A stretch of 63,515 nt of DNA, the filler included, from Octopus bimaculoides (lineage: Eukaryota): the NCBI RefSeq assembly GCF_001194135.2. It is 6 parts of 6 records of this genome, joined end to end, with 100 filler letters (N's around TTAATTAATTAA, not from the genome) between each part and the next. Parts side by side here need not be neighbours in the genome. Positions count along the whole stretch, not along the records: positions 55,135 to 58,270 come from NC_068983.1; positions 58,371 to 60,388 come from NW_026421370.1; positions 60,489 to 61,730 come from NW_026373237.1; positions 61,831 to 63,515 come from NC_069006.1; 2 more parts are not named here. The stretch is one strand, 5' to 3'. The first letter of the stretch is position 1, and each line of letters begins with the position of its first letter. The notes under the pieces were generated by a model. It was given only the letters and a program-made list of their open reading frames with translations. It was not told the DNA's origin and made no database searches. Below are positions 55,163 to 63,515 of the stretch, piece by piece. The position numbers and the translations under genes were made by a program.

Positions 55163-55727
55163 ACGGCAAAAAAGAAAATGGAGGGGATACAAAAATGACG
55201 TACATCAGCCGGTAGACAGTCTATTTATTCTAAAACATAAGGAAGTATTATAAGAATACATACACATGCAAAGACTGTGTGTAACACACATATGTACTAG
55301 TAATAGATAAAAGAGTAAAAGATCAGTTCCTTACGGCCGTTTCTGCCAAGAAGCCACGATATACTCATGTTATCTCCATCTGTTCAGTGTCCTGTAGGGA
55401 TCGGTAGATAAAGTGTGGATGATGAGTGTGCCTATATGCTTCTTCAGAGGCATACTCACCATCCAAACTTTATCTACCCATCCCTTACAGAACACAGAAG
55501 AGATGGAGATAACATGGAGAATATCGTGGCATCTTGCTAGAAACGGCCGTAAGAAACTGATCTTTTACTCTTTTATTTATTACTAGTACATATGTGTGTA
55601 ACACACAGTCTTTGCATGTGTATGTATTATAATACTTCCTTATGTTTTAGAATAAATAGACATATTAGAATGTCTACCGGCTGATGTATGGCATTTTTGT
55701 ATCCCCTCCATGTTCATTTTTTGCCGT
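55163..55727. mobile_element. 565-bp fold-back palindromic element
   Basis: Arms 55163-55432 and 55450-55727 are reverse complements with scattered mismatches and small indels, around a 17-nt loop. Confidence 0.9.
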
Positions 55728-56672
55728 TTAAATTAAATGTAAACCACTTTTTACCGCCGCTCATATATTACACTCGATTGCGAAATTAATAATTGGGTAC
55801 ACTAACAGCAGTATCTTGGATAGGCACCATCCCTTGGTTGGCTTCCCAACCTCTAACTCTCACGAAANNNNNNNNNNNNNNNNNNNNNNNNNNNNNNNNN
55901 NNNNNNNNNNNNNNNNNNNNNNNNNNNNNNNNNNNNNNNNNNNNNNNNNNNNNNNNNNNNNNNNNNNNNNNNNNNNNNNNNNNNNNNNNNNNNNNNNNNN
56001 NNNNNNNNNNNNNNNNNNNNNNNNNNNNNNNNNNNNNNNNNNNNNNNNNNNNNNNNNNNNNNNNNNNNNNNNNNNNNNNNNNNNNNNNNNNNNNNNNNNN
56101 NNNNNNNNNNNNNNNNNNNNNNNNNNNNNNNNNNNNNNNNNNNNNNNNNNNNNNNNNNNNNNNNNNNNNNNNNNNNNNNNNNNNNNNNNNNNNNNNNNNN
56201 NNNNNNNNNNNNNNNNNNNNNNNNNNNNNNNNNNNNNNNNNNNNNNNNNNNNNNNNNNNNNNNNNNNNNNNNNNNNNNNNNNNNNNNNNNNNNNNNNNNN
56301 NNNNNNNNNNNNNNNNNNNNNNNNNNNNNNNNNNNNNNNNNNNNNNNNNNNNNNNNNNNNNNNNNNNNNNNNNNNNNNNNNNNNNNNNNNNNNNNNNNNN
56401 NNNNNNNNNNNNNNNNNNNNNNNNNNNNNNNNNNNNNNNNNNNNNNNNNNNNNNNNNNNNNNNNNNNNNNNNNNNNNNNNNNNNNNNNNNNNNNNNNNNN
56501 NNNNNNNNNNNNNNNNNNNNNNNNNNNNNNNNNNNNNNNNNNNNNNNNNNNNNNNNNNNNNNNNNNNNNNNNNNNNNNNNNNNNNNNNNNNNNNNNNNNN
56601 NNNNNNNNNNNNNNNNNNNNNNNNNNNNNNNNNNNNNNNNNNNNNNNNNNNNNNNNNNNNNNNNNNNNNNNN

Positions 56673-56699
<27 letters not shown>

Positions 56700-56705
<6 letters not shown>

Positions 56706-56979
56706 CAAAATGAGATAACAAAGCCAAGGCTGTGAGGAGGTTTCAGGACATTTATAAGGAAAGAGATATAGATATAGTCTTACAGCTGTTTCTGGGACAT
56801 TATGAGTATCCCTTCATCAGAGACGATGTGAGATGGTTAAATATAGGTTCTCAATCATTTACTACTACATATTTGGACATGCAAGCGGGTACATGTGTGT
56901 GTGTATGTACACGTGTGTGTGTGTACATGTGTGTGTATATTTATGTATATTTATGTATGTATATGTATGTGGGTATATG

Positions 56980-57026
<47 letters not shown>

Positions 57027-58080
57027 GTATGTACATGTGTATATATGAGTGAGTGTGTGTGTATGTGTATATATGTATACATATGTACCTTTATGCACGC
57101 GTGCGTTTGACTGTGTAAGCGCGTGTGCGCCTGCGCGTATATGCGTGTGCATGTATGTGTAAATGTATGTATGTATGCATATGCACACATGTATATGTAC
57201 ATGTGTGCGCGCGTACGTATGTTATTATACCTTCTTTCCTCATCTCATTCCTACCTATCATACTAACCTATCACATACGTCTATTTATAGAAATTTGACA
57301 TTGTTATATTCTTCCCTCCATATTAAATTTTACTACTAAAACTACTACTCACTTTAGTATCACCCCACCTACACCTTTTCTCTACAGCTCTATCATGTCA
57401 CCCCTACTCACATATCTCACACTTATTCACTTCTTACCTTCTCATCTCTTCCTGTCCCTTCCCCATTCCTCTTCCATCCTTCCCTCACATTATCTTGACC
57501 ACCAACTAACACTCCTTTTCTCACTTCTTTTGCGCTTTCTTCTTTTTTCTTTTTTCTTTTTCATTTTTTCTCACTTTTTTCTCTCTTTCTTTTCTCTTCC
57601 TGTTTTCATTTTGACCAATCTCCTCATTCTAATCATACACATCTCTCACCTCCATCTATCCACAAATACGACTAATGCATTCTCACATTTTCATTCACAC
57701 CACAAAACCCTGTCGAATGAGCAACACAGAACCAACGGCTTCATACTTTGAAATGACTAAACATGAACTACTATTGGAACTTACATACCATGTACAGGAA
57801 ACGTTTTACCACTTCTATACCACTTTCCTCGAATAATGGAACAGCAACTACAATATCTTTATATATCTTATATTCTATTTCTACTTTCATTCTCTTATTT
57901 CCCTCTATATTCCCTATCTCCTCCTTTTCCATAATGATTCTTTATTTCATCGTCTCTGATGGAGGGATATCCATAATATCCCAGAAACAACTGTAAGAAT
58001 ATATCTATATATTTTTGCTAATAAATGTCCTGAAAACTCCTCACAGCCTTGTGTTTGTTATCTCATTTTATCTAATATAT
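56700..58080. mobile_element. Penelope-like element family H3: inverted ~135-bp hammerhead-bearing repeats flanking a decayed interior
   Basis: 56700-56835 and 57945-58080 are reverse complements and both end in (TA)n. The interior at 57680-57840 weakly resembles a GIY-YIG-proximal C-terminus (SHFHSHHKTLS...). A related tail lies at about 24020-24220. Confidence 0.7.
56777..56824 (-). ncRNA. Minimal type I hammerhead ribozyme motif, conserved core residues present
   Basis: GUCU-CUGAUGA-A-GGGAUA-cucauaa-UGUCCC-A-GAAAC-AGCU-GUA-AGAC: stem I 4 bp, stem II 6 bp flanked by unpaired As, palindromic stem III ACAGCUGU, and GUA triplet. Confidence 0.65.
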
Positions 58081-58222
58081 ATATGCATGCTAGTATAAGT
58101 CCCACATTAGACTCCTCACTCATATCACTATCGAACCAAGAGTTTAACTAAGGTCTGTCCATAGCACTTACTTAGCGTTACCTGCCACTCTTTGGGTCTT
58201 CTAGATACCAATACCTCTCATA

Positions 58223-58257
<35 letters not shown>

Positions 58258-58753
58258 ATATATATATATANNNNNNNNNNNNNNNNNNNNNNNNNNNNNN
58301 NNNNNNNNNNNNNNTTAATTAATTAANNNNNNNNNNNNNNNNNNNNNNNNNNNNNNNNNNNNNNNNNNNNGTTTATACACAGTGTTATTGAATCAAGGGT
58401 TCTGTTTAAAGTGACCCAAAAGCAGGGAATGTATTAGGGTCAAATCGAAAACACGAAGAGAGGAAAAAAGGAAGAAGAAAAAAAATTAAATAAAAAAGGA
58501 AAGAAAAAAGGTGGGGAGAAATAGAAGAACAAGGAAAAGAAAATAATAAAAGGAATAAAGAAAAGAAAGGAAAAAGGAATACAAAAATAGAGATAAAGGA
58601 AAGTGTACCAGAATGGTCAGTGAATATAATAAGAAGGTAGGAACGGGAGGATAAGGGTGAAAGAGAGAGAAAGCTATTAGAGTGTAGAAAGATTCCAATA
58701 CCCTATGAGTAAAATCCAACAGTCTTTGAAATTGGTCATTCCAAATACAGAGT

Positions 58754-59116
58754 TTATATGGTGAAATTTCCACTGGAAGAAGACTCCATGGCTGTCCCTT
58801 CCATCGATACAATGACCAGCTGAAGCAAAGCCTAAAACTGACTGGAATCGATCTCAAAACCTGGGACGTTGAAGCTCAGGACAGGCCCGGCTGGCATCAT
58901 TCCATCTCCACTGTGACAGATCATTTTGAAGCTGAACGATAGAGGAAAGAAGAGAAACGATAAGAAAGAACATGGCAGCTGCAACAACCAAAGCCTCCAC
59001 CAAGGATCCCTTGTGAACTTTGCAATAGACGCTTCTATGCAAGAATCGGTCTCATTAGTCATCAGAGGCATAAAGACGCACAGAAGGGAAGAAGCGATCA
59101 AGACAAAGACAAATAA
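58754..59116 (+). mobile_element. RTE-clade LINE ORF2 3' fragment
   Basis: LYGEISTGRRLHGCPFHRYNDQLKQSLKLTGIDLKTWDVEAQDRPGW...FEAER*...IPCELCNRRFYARIGLISHQRH, with two in-frame stops and a C-terminal CxxC..RIGL.SH.R.H zinc finger. Confidence 0.9.
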
Positions 59117-59231
59117 ATTATCGGACACACGATAAAACGCCGCCACCACAACCGCCGCCGTCACCGACGACGACGATATATATATATCTGGGACTAATGC
59201 AGTTTCGTATCTCTCCATGAAAAATGCATCG

Positions 59232-59468
59232 TTTTGAAAAAAATTCTTCGGATTCCTACGTTTTAGATATCGGACATTTTTCATCCATTTATTTATTTGT
59301 CTGTCTATCTGTTTATCCCTGTCCGTTTATTCATAAAATATATTTGTCAACTAAATGTGGCGGTCTTACTGTTGTTACTGTTACTGTTTTTTTTTGTTTT
59401 TGTTTTTTTTGCATATTTGTAATCTCCGACATCTAAAACGTAGGGATCCGAAAAACTTTTTTCGAAAA
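59232..59468. repeat. About 43-bp inverted repeats with a 150-bp spacer, unclassified MITE or Helentron-like
   Basis: ttttgaaaaaaattcttcggattcctacgttttagatatcgga versus the reverse complement of tccgacatctaaaacgtagggatccgaaaaacttttttcgaaaa. Confidence 0.8.
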
Positions 59469-59876
59469 AAATACATGTGTGTGTAATCGCTTATCACGTG
59501 AAAACGGCTTCACTATTTACTTCCATACTTGTGATACATGAATAATTTGACCTCGGATAAATCTTAGGCTCTTCATTTGATTTTTTTAAAATCTCTAATT
59601 AAAAATAAATAATATTGCTTTATATATTTAAGATTCACTTCTTTAAAAAGGTTTCTCAATGTCAACTTCTGGTACGGACGTGAAAAAACGGCGACGTCTC
59701 TCACTCTCTACTTTTAATGTTCGCTTTCTGTAAACAACTACGATCAATTACTGAAACATGTATTTACGAAGTTCATAAATTTAAATATTCCGTACAAGAT
59801 AGTTTTTAACGTGCTTTTATTTATACGATTTTTGGGCGTTCCATGTTCATCTCATTCATTCTTTGCAATGTTCTCT

Positions 59877-59934
<58 letters not shown>

Positions 59935-61389
59935 CACACACTCCAGGTTTGATTTCGTTCCGAACTCGCACACTTCGTTAATTTCCGTAAATAAATTTTC
60001 TATTATTTTTATTTTGTTTGGCACGCCGTGTTCAACTCTATGTATTAGTAGTGAGTCACACACTACCATGTGTGTTTCTGTATGTGTGTGAGTGAAGGAG
60101 TGTGTTGTGATGTCTACGTACATACATAAATACATATGCATACATCTTTTCTGTGTGTATATCTGCACGTGTGTGTGTGTGTGTGAGAGAGAGAGAGACA
60201 GACAGAGAGATGTTTCAGTGACTCTCTCTCTCTCTCTCACACACACTCACACATACGTACAAGAAATGTATGACTAGTTATGTATGTACGTATAATTGTC
60301 GACACACCCCTTCACTGGCTCTGTCTCTCTCTTTCTGTCTCTGTCTCTGTCTCTCTGTGTCTGTCTGTCTGATTGTCTCTCTCTCTCTNNNNNNNNNNNN
60401 NNNNNNNNNNNNNNNNNNNNNNNNNNNNNNNNTTAATTAATTAANNNNNNNNNNNNNNNNNNNNNNNNNNNNNNNNNNNNNNNNNNNNTTTCAAATTTTG
60501 GCACAAGGCCTTCACCAATACTATATCGATTAGTGATAACTAGTTATAGATTTCTTCAATGAATAAGTAGGGTTTTTAAGATGCTAATTTAGAGTATTTT
60601 TTTCTTAACTGTTTTGGTGTTAATGGTAGCTAATTTCTTAGCGATTGCAAAATGCGACTGTATATGGGGACTGGGTCCGCTGAACAGGCACATCGTTACC
60701 TTTTGATGCATTGAGCTTAATTCTAGGAATTGTGGTAGTCATTTTTTAATGCACCCACATTGATCTTTTGCTATGCTTAGATTCTCTTGCATTTCATGTA
60801 CTCTCATCTATGTTTATTGCAAAGTCTTTTTTTTTTCTGCTATTTGTCCTTTGTCTCACATTCAGGAGACACACATTCTTATTTTCAATCTTTTCTTCAT
60901 TAATTCCTGAGTCTATTATTCCTCAGTCATCTCGGCTCTCTTGTCTCCTTGCCACTTCTCGACACTATTTGGCATCATCTCTTCATCCTGGTGATCGACA
61001 AATTCCATGTGATACAATCGAGAAGCGTGTATTAGGAATGTCAAAACAAATCAAATGTTTTTGTTTTTAAGCTAAAAGAAGGAATCAGAAAAATGAAAAC
61101 TTGAACAGTAAATAATATAAAATGAAAGTATCTAAAACGATGCATACAATCTATGCAATAATAATAATTCCTGTGTGTATGAGTTTAAAAAATTCTGTTG
61201 ACGCAATAGTGAAAATTTGGATCTCAAATTTCTTCTCATGACAGCCTGTCTCTCAAATTTTACCAAATTAATCTCTAGAAATTAATAAAGTTATGTAATT
61301 TTAACCAATCGGCAGCTTCAAGTGCCAAACAAAACGAATGTTTATCCTCATAGGAACAACACAGTAATTGTAAGTTTCGCACGCGGTCA

Positions 61390-61612
61390 CACTAATATTT
61401 TAAATTTTAGCACAAGGAGGAAGGGTAAATTTTAGTTCAAGGGAAGGGTAAGTCGATTACATCGACCCCAGCGATAAGCCGGTACTGATTTTATCGACCC
61501 CTAACAGATAAAAGGTAAAGTAAATCTCGGCGAATTTGAACTGAGAAGTCGGACGAAATGCCGCTAAGCATCTTAACCGGCGTGCTAACGATTCTGCCAG
61601 CTCGCCACCTTA
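61390..61612 (-). mobile_element. SINE family A
   Basis: Ends gctaacgattctgccagctcgccacc, the reverse complement of the family A head. Confidence 0.85.
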
Positions 61613-61830
61613 TGGTACTAATATAAAATCATGAAAATGTTGATTTAGAATAGTTGTATATGTAGTGGTTCACTTAGCAAATACTCAAACTTTGCTCTTG
61701 GTTCACTTTCCTCAACTTGTTCATTTTCGCNNNNNNNNNNNNNNNNNNNNNNNNNNNNNNNNNNNNNNNNNNNNTTAATTAATTAANNNNNNNNNNNNNN
61801 NNNNNNNNNNNNNNNNNNNNNNNNNNNNNN

Positions 61831-61861
<31 letters not shown>

Positions 61862-61919
61862 AAGGAAGAAAATGGAGATAAGGAAGTTAATAATTCTATA
61901 TATATACATGTATAGGTAC

Positions 61920-62548
61920 AGGAGTGGTTGTGTGGTAACTACCTTGCTTACAAACCACAGGGTTCAGTCGCACTGCATGGCACCTTGGGCAAGTGTCTTC
62001 TACTATAGCATCGGGCTGACCAAAGCCTTGTGAGTGGAGTTGGTAGATGGAAACTGAAAGAAACCCGTCGTATATATATATATGTATGTGTATGTATATG
62101 TTTGCGTGTCTGTGTTTGTCGCCCCAACATCACCTGACAACCGATGCTGGTGCATTTATGTCCCTATAACTTAGCAGTTCAGCAAAAGAGACTGATAGAA
62201 TAAGTACTAGGCTTACAAAGAATAAGTCCTGGGGTCACTTTGCTTGACAAAAGGCTGTGCTCCAGCATGGGCCGCAGTCAAATGACTGAAACAAGTAAAA
62301 GAGTATATATGTATGTGTGTGCGTGTGTGTTTGTGTGTGCGTGTGTGTATGTGTGTGTATGTGTGTATGTGTGTGTGTGTAGGCATGGCTGTGTGGTAAG
62401 AAGCCTGCTTCCCAACCACATGGTTCCGGGTTCAGTCCCACTACATGGCACCTTGGGCAAGTGTCTTCTACTATAGCCTTGGGCCAACCAAAGCCTTGTG
62501 AGTTGATTTGGTAGATGGAAACTGAGAGAAGCCCATCATATCTATATC

Positions 62549-62601
<53 letters not shown>

Positions 62602-62815
62602 ATCTTTCAATCTGTGCTTGTCCCATTATCACCACTTGACAACAGATGTTGGTGTGTTTACATACCAGTAACTTAGCAGTTCAGCAAAAGAGACCTATAG
62701 AATAACTACTAGGCTTAAAGAAAAATAAGTTCTGAGGTCAATTTCTTCAACTAAAATTCTTCAAAGCAATGCTCCAGCATGGCTGCAGTCAAATGACTGA
62801 AACAAGCAAAAGGAT
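61920..62815 (+). mobile_element. Two tandem full-length SINE family B copies
   Basis: Heads at about 61920 and 62385. Tails ctccagcatgg..cagtcaaatgactgaaacaag at about 62260-62300 and 62770-62810. Confidence 0.9.
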
Positions 62816-63515
62816 AAAATTATATATCTACACACATAAATATTGAGCAATGATAAGGAGTGCTCAACACAACAATGGCAGATAAAGGTTTTTTCTTATT
62901 TGTTTATTAAGGCTACCATTGGTTTCATGTTAAGAAAGACCTTAACAATTTTCAGGCCTATCACATGGAACATCAGTCTTCATTTCCATTTTGGGTTAAA
63001 TACTTATATGCATATTACTTTTTAACTTGTTTCAGTAATTTTGACAGTGGCCATGCTGGAGCACCACTCAATAGCATCTGTGTGACATCATGTAAAAACG
63101 TCCATGCAACATCATGTAAAAGCATCTGTGCGGTGCCCCAGAAAAGCACCCAGCATATTCTGTAAAAGTGGCTGGTATTAAGAAAGGCATCCAGCAATAG
63201 AAACCAAATCAGACTGGAGCCTGTTGCAGTCCCCCAGCTTGCCAGCTCTGGTCAAACCATCCAACCCATGCCAGCATGGACAACAGACATAAAATAGAGA
63301 TGACAACGATGATGATAGTGGTGGTTGTGGTGGCGGTGGTGGTTGTGGTGGCGGCGGTGGTTGTGGTGGTGGTGGTGGTGTGTGCATATGTATAAATTAC
63401 CTGGAGCAACAGGTTCAAAGAAATATTGTCGTGACTCTTAGAATATGGAATTTAAAGCAAGAAATCTGGGAGTCAATTTTTTTAATCCATAACCATGAGT
63501 CCAATGAAATATATT

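Overview
AT-rich, microsatellite-dense eukaryotic genomic DNA with 16 N-gaps. It is most likely a coleoid cephalopod, probably Octopus; this is inferred from the SINE families, the (TA)n/(CA)n density and the gap style. No complete gene, rRNA, tRNA or CRISPR array can be supported. Nearly all listed ORFs are microsatellite or N-gap artefacts. The window is dominated by tRNA-derived SINEs (at least 3 families plus an (ATG)n-tailed repeat) and by decayed LINE fragments (RTE, R4/Dong-type restriction-like endonuclease, CR1/Jockey-group). It also holds a Penelope-like RT remnant, a Tc1/mariner remnant, and piggyBac-, hAT- and Helentron-like MITEs. The most interesting signal is a set of minimal type I hammerhead-ribozyme motifs (CUGANGA..stem II..GAAAC with a palindromic stem III) in at least three sequence families. 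Two copies have the conserved core residues intact (36801-36846 and 56777-56824). They recur as tail-outward inverted pairs at three loci, and a 565-bp fold-back palindrome carries a related motif in the same geometry. One candidate first coding exon (22638-22793, minus strand) sits at the edge of an apparently CpG-depleted 1-23 kb domain. Repeat boundaries are approximate.
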